Shown here: one piece after another, positions 8,498 to 17,475 of the stretch
How positions within the stretch are numbered: position 1 is the first letter of the stretch
Layout of the letters: the number at the start of each line of letters is the position of its first letter
Origin: Candidatus Roizmanbacteria bacterium RIFCSPLOWO2_01_FULL_41_22
GTDB taxonomy: Bacteria > Patescibacteriota > Microgenomatia > UBA1406 > GWC2-37-13
Direction of reading: 5' to 3'
DNA: 64,000 bases
NCBI GenBank assembly: GCA_001789805.1
Contig: MGAR01000018.1
Location: forward strand, 35,981 to 99,980
Notes under the pieces: model-generated
The model's input: the letters and a program-made list of their open reading frames with translations, nothing else
What the model was told of the DNA's origin: nothing
Databases searched by the model: none
Made by a program: the position numbers and the translations under genes

Positions 8498-9889
8498 TTA
8501 GGTAGTAGTCTCGATTCCCAGCTCCTTTAGCTGATCGGACTGGGGTATCGAGGGAGCATTCATGACCGCGGTTTTACCGCCTGAGGAGGCCGGGAAGGCG
8601 ATCACCTCTCGAAGGGACGGCTCATCCAGTATAGCAAACAGCAGACGGTCAATTCCCGGGGCAATACCGCCATGCGGAGGCACACCATAGCTAAAGGCTT
8701 GAAGCATATGCTGAAACTGCGCTTTTTGTTCATCAGTAAAGCCAATCAGGTCAAATACTTTTTGCTGGATTTTTGGATCATGGATTCTGATGCTTCCACC
8801 GCCAACCTCGTAGCCATTTAAAACCAGATCATATTGCTGCCCGCGCACCTTCAGAGGATAGGTATCCAAAAGAGGTACGTCTTGCGGCATGGGGGCGGTG
8901 AACATATGATGGGAGGGGGCGAATTTGGCCTTTCCTGAACCATAGAAAAAATCATCTGCCGTCTGTTTGTTAAATAAAGGAAAATCAATGGTCCAGGCAA
9001 AAGCCAGTTCATCTTTATCATTTTTATTTTGGCGAACATCAGGCTTGTCAGTGCCGTATTTTTCCATCACTGCTTTGTGAATCAGCCGAGGCCAAGGAAT
9101 TTGTTTGATATGTTTTTCGGGAAAGAGCTTCTCTACCATTTTAGTAAACAACTCTTCAGTCAGGCACATCACATCTTCGCGCTCAACAAACGACATCTCC
9201 ATGTCAAGTTGAGTGAATTCGCCGTAAGCCCGGTCGGCACGCGGATCTTCATCGCGAAAACAGCGGGCGATCTGGAAATAACGTTCTATGCCCGCGACCA
9301 TCAATAGCTGTTTATATTGTTGTGGCGATTGTGGTAGGGCATAAAATTTACCTTTCTGAAGCCGGGAAGGCACTAAAAAGTCGCGTGCGCCCTCAGGTGT
9401 GGTTTTAGTGAGAATCGGCGTCTCTACCTCGATAAACTGCTTTTCAGTGAGAAAGTTTCTGATAAAAGTGGTAATCTGCGATCTTAACGTAAGATTTCGG
9501 ATCATCCGCGGGCGCCTCAGATCAAGATAGCGATAGGTGAGGCGCGTTTCCTCATCAATCTCATAACCATCGGTGTTGACCGGAATCGGTAGTGCTTGTG
9601 CTTTGCTAATAAGTTTAAATTCTTTGACCTCAATCTCAATGGTGCCGGTTTTTATTTTTGGGTTGACCAGTTTTTCCGGCCGGGTTTTCACTAGACCTTT
9701 TATATATAACACATCTTCGCTTGAGATTTTTCTTAACCGTTCATCTCCCACCAGCTGCACAATACCGGAGCGATCGCGTAAGTCCAAAAAAATTATTTTT
9801 TTATGGTCGCGTTTGGAGTCGACCCAACCATAAAGTTCCACTTCCTGGCCAATTTTTTTGGGAGTTTCTTCAATAAAAAGCTGCTTCAT
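8498..9889 (-). CDS. aspS: Aspartyl-tRNA synthetase, bacterial type without GAD insertion
   Basis: OB-fold N-terminus; motif 2 CFRDEDPRADRAYGEFTQLDMEMSF; YGTDKPD followed directly by AFAWTIDFPLF; motif 3 GGIAPGIDRL. 463 aa. Confidence 0.9.
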   Translation of the reverse strand: MKQLFIEETPKKIGQEVELYGWVDSKRDHKKIIFLDLRDRSGIVQLVGDERLRKISSEDVLYIKGLVKTRPEKLVNPKIKTGTIEIEVKEFKLISKAQALPIPVNTDGYEIDEETRLTYRYLDLRRPRMIRNLTLRSQITTFIRNFLTEKQFIEVETPILTKTTPEGARDFLVPSRLQKGKFYALPQSPQQYKQLLMVAGIERYFQIARCFRDEDPRADRAYGEFTQLDMEMSFVEREDVMCLTEELFTKMVEKLFPEKHIKQIPWPRLIHKAVMEKYGTDKPDVRQNKNDKDELAFAWTIDFPLFNKQTADDFFYGSGKAKFAPSHHMFTAPMPQDVPLLDTYPLKVRGQQYDLVLNGYEVGGGSIRIHDPKIQQKVFDLIGFTDEQKAQFQHMLQAFSYGVPPHGGIAPGIDRLLFAILDEPSLREVIAFPASSGGKTAVMNAPSIPQSDQLKELGIETTT

Positions 9890-10013
9890 ATTTAACTTGT
9901 ATCATACAATTTCTTTTCCCAAAAAGCAATTTACCCAGGTATCAGTCCTGCTTGGCGGTAACTCTTGGAAATGCTAAGGTTGAGAAATAATAAGTCTTTG
10001 GTAGAATTTACTC

Positions 10014-10472
10014 ATGGCAGAAATAGAAGACATTAGATACTTAAAAAAGGCAATTGCCAATTCTCGAAAGTCTTTTGAAGAAGGGCGGTTTCCGGCAGGG
10101 GGAATAGTGGTAAAAGGAGGAGAGATACTTGCCTCGGAAGTAAACGTTCCTTATCCCGGGCTTTTCCACGCTGATTCTAAAGCAGTTACAACCGCATTTA
10201 ATAAAGTTGGTTCTTTAAAGGGGGCAACTCTTTATGTTGGTCTTGAGTCATGTCTAATGTGTATTAGCGTTGCTTACTGGTCGGGTTTAAGAAGAGTTGT
10301 TTATGCTGTTCCCAAATCAAAAGTATCTGGGGATTACTATGAAACGCATAAAGAGACAGGGGAGTTGATAGATAATTTTAATGAACCGATAGAAAGAATT
10401 CATATTTCTGAACTTGAGGATGAGGCAATTGCCATAGTAAGAGAGTGGGAAAAGAAGTATTTACTGAAATAA
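10014..10472 (+). CDS. CDA-fold nucleoside/nucleotide deaminase (TadA/guanine deaminase-like)
   Basis: Has H-A-D (FHADSKAV) in place of HAE, and SCLMC in place of PCxxC. Size and spacing are typical of the family. Confidence 0.65.
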   Translation: MAEIEDIRYLKKAIANSRKSFEEGRFPAGGIVVKGGEILASEVNVPYPGLFHADSKAVTTAFNKVGSLKGATLYVGLESCLMCISVAYWSGLRRVVYAVPKSKVSGDYYETHKETGELIDNFNEPIERIHISELEDEAIAIVREWEKKYLLK

Positions 10473-10563
10473 CAGCGATGGATTTATATCATCATGACAA
10501 TATTTTCAGAGCGTGTCCCTGATACCAATTGTAAAGAGTCCTTGGGTTATTGAAGTGGGCGAT

Positions 10564-11220
10564 TTATAACACTAGACTTCCTTGCTGTTGGCAAAGACGG
10601 ACAACATTTAGTACTTGTTGAAATTGTTCCTGCTTGACTGTAACGTATCTAAACTCCGGATGAGGGTAAGTAATACTAATTATTGAATCTGCGATTTTAT
10701 CTCCCGTATTAGGACAAAGCATCTGCTCAGCTATTGGAATTGGTTCTTGTTTATAAGCTTGCGGTGGTGCTTTAGTTAAGTCAACGCGATAAATTTCATC
10801 TGCTGTTCGACTATGTTTTTTATTAGCAAACTCATGATCTAAACAAATTATCACCTCGACACATTTTAATTTAGCAGTATCCGGTGGCTTTGAGGGATCG
10901 TCTGAATCAACTACAGCCGATAGGTCAGGAGGTTGTACTTCCCATTCAATATGGGGCACTACTGGTGGTGAAGTAATGGTTGCTTTCAGTCTGGTTTCTG
11001 TAGGGTAAAAGAGCGCTTCTTCCGGAGGAACATTTCTTTTGACCTTTATCTCAAAACCTACTTGTCGTGCAATTTGAGCTTCATTTGGAGTTATTTTGTA
11101 TGGCATATCTAAAACGCTTCCTCTTTCAACGCATCTTCTTATAAAATCAACGGGTTCGATTGGGACGGAAGAAAATCGAACTTCTTTATTTAAAAACTGT
11201 TCAAATTGCTGATCTGCCAT
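10564..11220 (-). CDS. Hypothetical protein (218 aa from ATG 11220), paralog of 11777-12181
   Basis: No known family. Shares ARQV...DPSxPPD...V..I.C..H...IY.V.L with the 134-aa ORF. Confidence 0.55.
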   Translation of the reverse strand: MADQQFEQFLNKEVRFSSVPIEPVDFIRRCVERGSVLDMPYKITPNEAQIARQVGFEIKVKRNVPPEEALFYPTETRLKATITSPPVVPHIEWEVQPPDLSAVVDSDDPSKPPDTAKLKCVEVIICLDHEFANKKHSRTADEIYRVDLTKAPPQAYKQEPIPIAEQMLCPNTGDKIADSIISITYPHPEFRYVTVKQEQFQQVLNVVRLCQQQGSLVL

Positions 11221-11422
11221 ACAGTATGGTATCACAGTAATTTGGGAATTTAAAGATTCTCTTCTCTGGCAACTCCCGAGGTTGAGGATTTGAGGATAGT
11301 AACGATTCTTTTTTAATATTTCGATAACGGTTTAATTTCTCGCAGCTTGCTGCGGGGTACGTCATTTTTCAACACAAATTATAAATAGACGATGATATAA
11401 TTAATCTTTGGAGGAAAAACTT

Positions 11423-11626
11423 ATGCCCATGGATCCAGCATATAAAGAACTTGAACTTGATACCGTTGAAAAATATGGCGGAAAGCGAATATGGCAAGAG
11501 ATGGCTAAAAATCCAGCATTGCCAGGAGATCACATTATGCCCACCTTTCCTGGAGGCATACCTCCAGCAGTGGTAGCCAGAAAAATAGCGATCACTTTAC
11601 TGGCCGTTGAAGCTCCATTCACTTAA
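11423..11626 (+). CDS. Hypothetical small protein (67 aa)
   Basis: GGAGG lies 8 nt upstream of ATG 11423. No family recognised. Confidence 0.45.
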   Translation: MPMDPAYKELELDTVEKYGGKRIWQEMAKNPALPGDHIMPTFPGGIPPAVVARKIAITLLAVEAPFT

Positions 11627-11776
11627 GTACGCAACCGAGGCAAAGAGCGAAAATAAAACAGACTTTCTTCTGAATTTAGAAAAAATATACTTACAGTTGA
11701 AATGGTTGTTAGTTGTCAGTAATCGGTTATCGGTTCTTCAATTAAAAAATGTAAAAAGAGACTGGTGTTAGTTTAA

Positions 11777-12181
11777 TTATTTCTTGCGAAATTTATTTAT
11801 TGTTCTGGTTAACCAGCTCTCACCACCAGTTCTTAGATATTCTTTAGCAGAAAGTAACCGAACTCCGTAGATATTAGTATCATGAAGCCATGGAAATAGC
11901 TTTTCTTTTTGTTGACTGTGCATCGCACAAAGTATGAGAGGAACATCAGTATTATAATCGGGATCATCTGGAGGATCGGAAGGGTCAGCTTTTGTATTGA
12001 ATAAAACTACCATCGCTGCTTCTCTGCCACAAACCCCATTTGTTGTATCCGCAGAACACCCAAACGCTAATTCCACCTGTCGCGCCATTTCTAACTTAAG
12101 TTTTGGCGTCGGCATTTCATTAAGCCTATCACTCACTTTTTCAAAAGGGGGTTGGTATAAAGGCTTATTTTCAATTGGCAT
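11777..12181 (-). CDS. Hypothetical protein (134 aa), paralog of 10564-11220
   Basis: AGGTG lies upstream of the ATG. Shares a motif block with the 218-aa ORF. Cys/His pattern is C-x8-C ... C-x2-H. Confidence 0.55.
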   Translation of the reverse strand: MPIENKPLYQPPFEKVSDRLNEMPTPKLKLEMARQVELAFGCSADTTNGVCGREAAMVVLFNTKADPSDPPDDPDYNTDVPLILCAMHSQQKEKLFPWLHDTNIYGVRLLSAKEYLRTGGESWLTRTINKFRKK

Positions 12182-12371
12182 AATTACACCTATTTTATCA
12201 TGGTATTAAAAATTTAATTCATCAAGGTGTGAGGGTGGGGATTATTATTGCAGTAGGGGCGGCGGTTAACGCCAAATTAGGGTAAGTTATCAGTAGGAAA
12301 AAAAGTTGTTAGTTATCGGTTATCAGCTATTAGTTGGTTGGTGAAATGGGCAAAGCAGCAGCGGTAAGATG

Positions 12372-13172
12372 TCAGAGATAGACGCCATTAAGCATTGGCG
12401 GCCAGTTGATATTATTAAACTGGGTAGATAAATACTCCGATGGGACGCGCTCTTTTTCCAGTTCTGCATCATTGGCAAAGTGTTTACCTAAGGCTGATCT
12501 TATCTGATCTGGGGGAATATCAAATGACCTACCGGCCCTTAACTGATCTGCATGGGGAATTAAAGCAGAAGCAAATGTGGTCAAGCCAACTAGACTTTTA
12601 AAATCAGGTTTTCTTAGCAAGGCATTGATTGCTCTTTCTGCTCGTGGTTTTTGGGGGTTGACGCCGCTATGAAAAACTAGCATCTGTGGGCCAATTGTAT
12701 GGCTTAAACGTTGATGTTTGTTAATATCAGTCCAGTAAAGAGCTAGTGGTGGTAAATTTTCTGGGTTGTCCCAGGATAGCCAATCTGGTTGCCCTTCGAC
12801 GATTTGGTTGGTTTTTGGATCATAAAATAAGTAAGGCATATTTAGCGTGACAATCTCCGATAATTGTTTGCCCCATATGCTTCTATCTAGAGCTGAATAG
12901 TTAGGAGTCTGGACCGTCTTGTCAGCAGAATCATAAAAGGGTAGCGGCAGCGAAACAGGTATAATACCTAGACCTTGATCAGTAGATTTGCAGTTAACGG
13001 GTAAAAAGGCGAGGCAGTCAACATTTGGCCAGATGGTGTTTGGTTCATTTTGGTTTCTTTCTCTTGGTCGAAATCGCGTACCTCCGACGCGACGTGCAAC
13101 ATACTGATCGGCACTAGGAATAGATAAAGCTCTCGATGCCCCTGACGGGCCGCCTTCTTCGGTTCCGCTCAT
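12372..13172 (-). CDS. Hypothetical protein (266 aa from ATG 13172)
   Basis: No family recognised. TGTATAAT (reverse complement of 13181-13188) lies 9 nt upstream of the ATG. Confidence 0.55.
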   Translation of the reverse strand: MSGTEEGGPSGASRALSIPSADQYVARRVGGTRFRPRERNQNEPNTIWPNVDCLAFLPVNCKSTDQGLGIIPVSLPLPFYDSADKTVQTPNYSALDRSIWGKQLSEIVTLNMPYLFYDPKTNQIVEGQPDWLSWDNPENLPPLALYWTDINKHQRLSHTIGPQMLVFHSGVNPQKPRAERAINALLRKPDFKSLVGLTTFASALIPHADQLRAGRSFDIPPDQIRSALGKHFANDAELEKERVPSEYLSTQFNNINWPPMLNGVYL

Positions 13173-13260
13173 ATAGTGGTTATTATACAAAACTTCCGGT
13201 TTAAGATCACTGCCACCTGTTCCGATATGATATGCTAAAATTGTCTATACAAACTAGTCT

Positions 13261-13776
13261 ATGACTAATATAAATTCAGTCACTGATCCGGAAGCCCGCC
13301 GGTTTTTACATAGTTTTTTGTTAAACCGGAAGATCAACGAGGAGATCTATAAAAGAATTCCGGAAGACAAGCTGGACTTTCGGATGGTCGATAATCCAAC
13401 CCGTAAGTCCGATTCTCCGCGGGAAAGTTTGATTCATCAAATCTCAGTAACTCGCAACTATATTCTGGGAATCACCTCCGGTAAGTTACGTTTTGGTCAA
13501 AAGTACAGTCAAGCTTTCTCTCAGCCAGAGAAAATGTCCAAGCAAGAGCTGTTGGCGGTCTTGACACTCACTATTGAAGAGTTAATTCAGACATTGTCTG
13601 ATCCCAATATCAGTCAAAAGAAGGTGAGAGTACCGTGGAGCAAGATCCCTATTCCGGCGATCCAAACATTATGGTCTCTTAACAACCATGAAATACTGCA
13701 TACCGGTTGGAATTTGGCTCTGATGGACCATCTGGGGATTGAAAGATTTCCTCAACTCAGGCAGATGTGGGGGTAA
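13261..13776 (+). CDS. DinB/YfiT-like four-helix-bundle protein
   Basis: Size and the C-terminal NNHEILHTGWNLALMDHLGI resemble the DinB_2 superfamily histidine motifs. Confidence 0.5.
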   Translation: MTNINSVTDPEARRFLHSFLLNRKINEEIYKRIPEDKLDFRMVDNPTRKSDSPRESLIHQISVTRNYILGITSGKLRFGQKYSQAFSQPEKMSKQELLAVLTLTIEELIQTLSDPNISQKKVRVPWSKIPIPAIQTLWSLNNHEILHTGWNLALMDHLGIERFPQLRQMWG

Positions 13777-13790
13777 GAAAAATAGTTATC

Positions 13791-14558
13791 TTATTTTTTC
13801 TTTTTTTCTGGTGGTTTTTGTTCTGGTTTGGCGTCTTTTTTTTCACCGGCGGCTGGAGCTGGTGTTGCCGCAGGTACCGTTGCTCCTTCTGCCGTTGGCG
13901 CTTCGCCTTCCACCGCTTCTGGAACTTTTTCAGTGGTGATCTCCGGCGCTTCAACTGTGGTTTCTGGAACAACGCTTTCTTCTTTGTGCTCGGTCACCGA
14001 GACAATAACTTTATTGGGTTCTTCTTTGATTTCAAATGTTGTAGATTTGGCCAGATCGCTCACTTTGATCTCTTGGCCGATCTCTTTTATTTTGGTTAAA
14101 TCCACTTCAATCCGCGATGGAATATCAGTCGGAAGCGCTTCAACCATCAGATGATCGCTCTGGGTGATCAGCACCCCGCCCTTTACACTGACAGCCTCGG
14201 ACTGTCCGATAAAGGTAACCGGCACGGCTGTTTCGATTTTTTGTTTTAAGTCCACCTTGCGGAAATCCACATGCAACACGCTGTCTCTTATCGGATCCCG
14301 CTGGATATTGGAGATCAGTGTTGGAATAGATTCTTGATCAAGCGAAACATAAATAATTCCGGTTGCCCGGGCTTTTTTGTAAGCTTGGATAAAGTTTTTC
14401 ACAGTCATTGAAATAGATCGCGAGGCAAAGTCACGGCCAAATATATTGGCCGGAATAATACCTTCTTTGCGTAATTTTCTGACCTTTTTACCGGTTTCGC
14501 GGCGAAGCGTGGTTGAGAGAACTATTTTATCCGAGGAACCTTTTTTTTGGGTGGCCAT
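13791..14558 (-). CDS. rplY: Ribosomal protein L25/Ctc with long Lys/Glu/Pro/Ala-rich tail
   Basis: From MATQKK: LRKEGIIPANIFG, HVDFRKVDL and the Ctc C-domain. The low-complexity tail explains several shadow ORFs at 13739-14154. Confidence 0.85.
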   Translation of the reverse strand: MATQKKGSSDKIVLSTTLRRETGKKVRKLRKEGIIPANIFGRDFASRSISMTVKNFIQAYKKARATGIIYVSLDQESIPTLISNIQRDPIRDSVLHVDFRKVDLKQKIETAVPVTFIGQSEAVSVKGGVLITQSDHLMVEALPTDIPSRIEVDLTKIKEIGQEIKVSDLAKSTTFEIKEEPNKVIVSVTEHKEESVVPETTVEAPEITTEKVPEAVEGEAPTAEGATVPAATPAPAAGEKKDAKPEQKPPEKKKK

Positions 14559-14559
14559 A

Positions 14560-16860
14560 TTACTCTTTATAAAACTCGATAATAAAAATTTTATCCGAAC
14601 TGATGGTGGTATTATAGAGTATCCGGCGATCCTTGACAAGAGGAGAGAAATTCTCCCGAGAGACATACAGATTACTAGGTAACTTAATATTTAACTGAAA
14701 ATCAGAGTTGGGCGAACCGATCTGTTTTTGGAGAACCAGTTGATACGTACCGCTACCCCGAGAAAACTTTTGAGAAAGAAAGTACTCGATTTTAATCTCG
14801 GATTCCGACTGGGGGGGGACTTCTGAGAGGAAACCGATAATTTTGTATTCTTCATCCCGCTGATCGAATTCCTCAACCAGGGTATTGTTCTGGGTGATTT
14901 TACGAACCGTGGAATGGAGAGGTAGGAGAATCTGGAGATAATTTTTATATCGGCCACCGGGAAAGACATCGGCAAACGAATTATTTTTATATTTTAATGT
15001 CAAAACGTGCGAGATGGTGCCGTCTTCACCGATCGATGTAGCCAGGGCAATCGGCCGAGTGATGTAGAAATTGGCTTTGTTGACGCCCAGATTAGCATCA
15101 AACGGGAATAAGAAATCAACAATACAGTTGCCTTGATTATTTTGAGAGCAGGTTGGCGAAAGGGTTCTACCTGACCAATAAAGCTCATCAAAACTCTGTT
15201 GAACTTGCGGATTATCCACATATATCACCATCTGTTTTTCATCAAGAGATTTTTTAACCATCTCAAACAGTTTTAGGGGAGAGGTGTCGGCGATAGTTAG
15301 TATTAATTGATTCATGACACTTCCTAAGAAACGTTTTTTTTGCTGAGAGCCTGGAAAAAATTCGCTTTCAGCATAGAGTTGGGCTTTCAGATAAAAGTTA
15401 TCTTTGTTGACGGTTTCTTGAAAGTCCGGAATGTCCAGATCACCAGTGGCTTGGAGCAAGTTTTGGATGGCCGAGGTAGTCAGCAGTATCCCGCCGTCTA
15501 AGTTGTCAATGCCCATCTCATTATCCAGGAAAAATTTCGCTTTCTGATAATTTTGGTAAAAATCAGGTGAAAAAGCCGAGTCGCGGAAAAACCAATTTGG
15601 TTGATTAAGATACTTAGCAATAGCATTAGGAGGAGAAACGTGATCAGTCAACTGTCCGTCGGCGTCGTAGACATCATATATTTGGATATCAACTACCGCA
15701 TAGTTTTTTACAGTCACCAAAGCAAATGAACCGATAAACCCGCCTCCCGGCCGCAGCTCCATATTGTTAGCAAACATCAGTAAATAAGTTTTATTTTCGT
15801 TTTTGGCCATTAGAGAATCCAAGTGAGGCAGAATGGTGTTTAAGGCGGTCAAAGTCTTAGATAGGTCTGTAAGCTGTTTTTTTATGGCTTTTAGACTGCT
15901 ATTCCAGATAGGCATTTTGTCAGCGATAATATTCATGTTGTCTTTGAGAGAGGAAAAGTCGGAAAGTACTGCTTGTTTTTGCTTCAAAAACGTCGCTTCT
16001 TCATTGCGGGTCCGCTGGCTTGTGAAAAGCGCCGAAAGCATCGGGTTGAGATGATTGTAAAGTTTAATGGAAGTAAAAACAGCTTGGTTAGTTGCATAGT
16101 TGAGTTCAAAGACATTGTCTGGGACCTGCGCAATGGAAAATAACAAGAGTGTTGGACGGCTGAAAACATATAGAGACTGGCCAATATCAAGAGAACTTGC
16201 CGCTGCTGTTGCATATGTCTGGCTTTGAGGAACATTTTTTGCCATCAGGGCGTGGCCAGCCCAAACATTTAAAAAACTAGCTAAGATAAGAGGCGGGATA
16301 AATAAGACATGAAGAATGGCAAGTCCGATGAAGCTATAAGTGATCAGTGTCTTTGGTTTTGTGAGAGTTGCTATTAACTGTTTGAAAGTCATTTTGGCCA
16401 CTTTTCGAGGCTGAATCGTTTTTTTTGAAGATGTCAACTTGGGGTGAAAAATGTGTAAAAATGTTTCTTGACTGCGGGAAAAAGCAAACCAAAGTATAGA
16501 GTCGATATCGTCTTTGAGAAACGAGGGTGCTGTTTCAAGACTAATAACTTTTAAATGTTTTACTCGGTTTTCATCAATATATCTGCTGATAGCTTGAGCT
16601 TCTTTGGTTTTGTGAAAAAGAAGAAAGATAAATTTTTGAGAAGGATTTAAAGAAACAAATTCTGGTAGATGAAGAGGTGCCTCATCAATAAAAAAGACCG
16701 CTGAGTAGATAGATAGGTTTTCCGGCGTATCCGGAGAAATGAATATCGAAATATCAAATTTAGCAATTTCTGATTTCAGAAGCTGCAAGAAACGTGAGTT
16801 ATGTTGGGCAATTAGGAGAATTTTTTGTCTAGAGGAGGCGATTTCTGTCCGGAGTTTCAT
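14560..16860 (-). CDS. DUF4012-like large membrane-anchored protein
   Basis: MELRPGGGFIGSFALVTV is the motif I associate with DUF4012, after a TM segment. Start taken at MKLRTE (16860). Confidence 0.6.
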   Translation of the reverse strand: MKLRTEIASSRQKILLIAQHNSRFLQLLKSEIAKFDISIFISPDTPENLSIYSAVFFIDEAPLHLPEFVSLNPSQKFIFLLFHKTKEAQAISRYIDENRVKHLKVISLETAPSFLKDDIDSILWFAFSRSQETFLHIFHPKLTSSKKTIQPRKVAKMTFKQLIATLTKPKTLITYSFIGLAILHVLFIPPLILASFLNVWAGHALMAKNVPQSQTYATAAASSLDIGQSLYVFSRPTLLLFSIAQVPDNVFELNYATNQAVFTSIKLYNHLNPMLSALFTSQRTRNEEATFLKQKQAVLSDFSSLKDNMNIIADKMPIWNSSLKAIKKQLTDLSKTLTALNTILPHLDSLMAKNENKTYLLMFANNMELRPGGGFIGSFALVTVKNYAVVDIQIYDVYDADGQLTDHVSPPNAIAKYLNQPNWFFRDSAFSPDFYQNYQKAKFFLDNEMGIDNLDGGILLTTSAIQNLLQATGDLDIPDFQETVNKDNFYLKAQLYAESEFFPGSQQKKRFLGSVMNQLILTIADTSPLKLFEMVKKSLDEKQMVIYVDNPQVQQSFDELYWSGRTLSPTCSQNNQGNCIVDFLFPFDANLGVNKANFYITRPIALATSIGEDGTISHVLTLKYKNNSFADVFPGGRYKNYLQILLPLHSTVRKITQNNTLVEEFDQRDEEYKIIGFLSEVPPQSESEIKIEYFLSQKFSRGSGTYQLVLQKQIGSPNSDFQLNIKLPSNLYVSRENFSPLVKDRRILYNTTISSDKIFIIEFYKE

Positions 16861-16875
16861 AAGAATATAGTTATA

Positions 16876-16985
16876 GTATACCCACCGTAGTTCAATTTGC
16901 AAAAGCGAAGTGAACGTACGGAGGGTTATGCCGCTGAAAGATGAAATGTTTTTTTTGCAATTTCATCTGAAAGCGGTATATAATG
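16876..16985 (+). repeat. Structured 5'-proximal element, copy A (candidate cis-regulatory RNA or mobile promoter)
   Basis: GTATACCCACCGTA-[hairpin]-TACGGAGGGTTATGCCGCTGAAAGATGAAAT...ATTTCATCTGAAAGCGGTATATAATG. Homologous to 38111-38210 and 50483-50614. Confidence 0.75.
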
Positions 16986-16992
16986 CTAGTTG

Positions 16993-17475
16993 ATGAAAAA
17001 TAACATTTTGAGTTTGTCGGAGCTCAATTTACTGACGAAATCGATCTTTGGTAAGAAAGTAGTTTTGGTCGGGGGTTGCTTTGATCTTTTGCATTGGGGC
17101 CATGTGACTTTTTTAGAAAAGGCAAAAAAACAAGGGGACATTTTGGTTGTGATGCTTGAGTCAGACGAATTTATCAAAAAACAAAAAAAAAGGAGACATG
17201 TCCATAATCAGCAGCAAAGAGCTCAGATCTTAAGAGAACTACGCGTTGTGGACTATGTCATACTATTACCCTATTTTTCAAAAGACAACGATTATTCTAA
17301 TTTGGTTGAGACGATCAAGCCCGACATTATCGCCGTCTCAGAAAAAGATCCAACCATAAGTAAAAAGAAAGAACAAGCAAATAAAATAAATGCCAAAATT
17401 GTTGTGGTGACACCATTATTAATTCGCTTCTCAAGTAGCGTTATTCTACCTCATGCAGACCTTTCTGGCGATTGA
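16993..17475 (+). CDS. Cytidylyl/adenylyltransferase-family protein (HxGH nucleotidyltransferase)
   Basis: VVLVGGCFDLLHWGHVTFLEKAKKQGD has the GxFDxxHxGH signature of the TagD/RfaE-II/RibL-type family. Confidence 0.7.
   Translation: MKNNILSLSELNLLTKSIFGKKVVLVGGCFDLLHWGHVTFLEKAKKQGDILVVMLESDEFIKKQKKRRHVHNQQQRAQILRELRVVDYVILLPYFSKDNDYSNLVETIKPDIIAVSEKDPTISKKKEQANKINAKIVVVTPLLIRFSSSVILPHADLSGD

Noticed and set aside
13739-14154. Cluster of overlapping ORFs on both strands (13739-13939, 13757-13972, 13767-14099, 13828-14154).
   Set aside because: They are shadow frames of the low-complexity Lys/Glu/Pro/Ala-rich tail of rplY (13791-14558). Their sequences are compositionally repetitive and lack independent start context.
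16930-16985. Hammerhead-like strings (CUGAAAG..., GAAA) in the three-copy element.
   Set aside because: The core does not fit CUGANGA plus GAAA with three helices around a cleavage site. The GAA/GAA loop is symmetric within a single helix.
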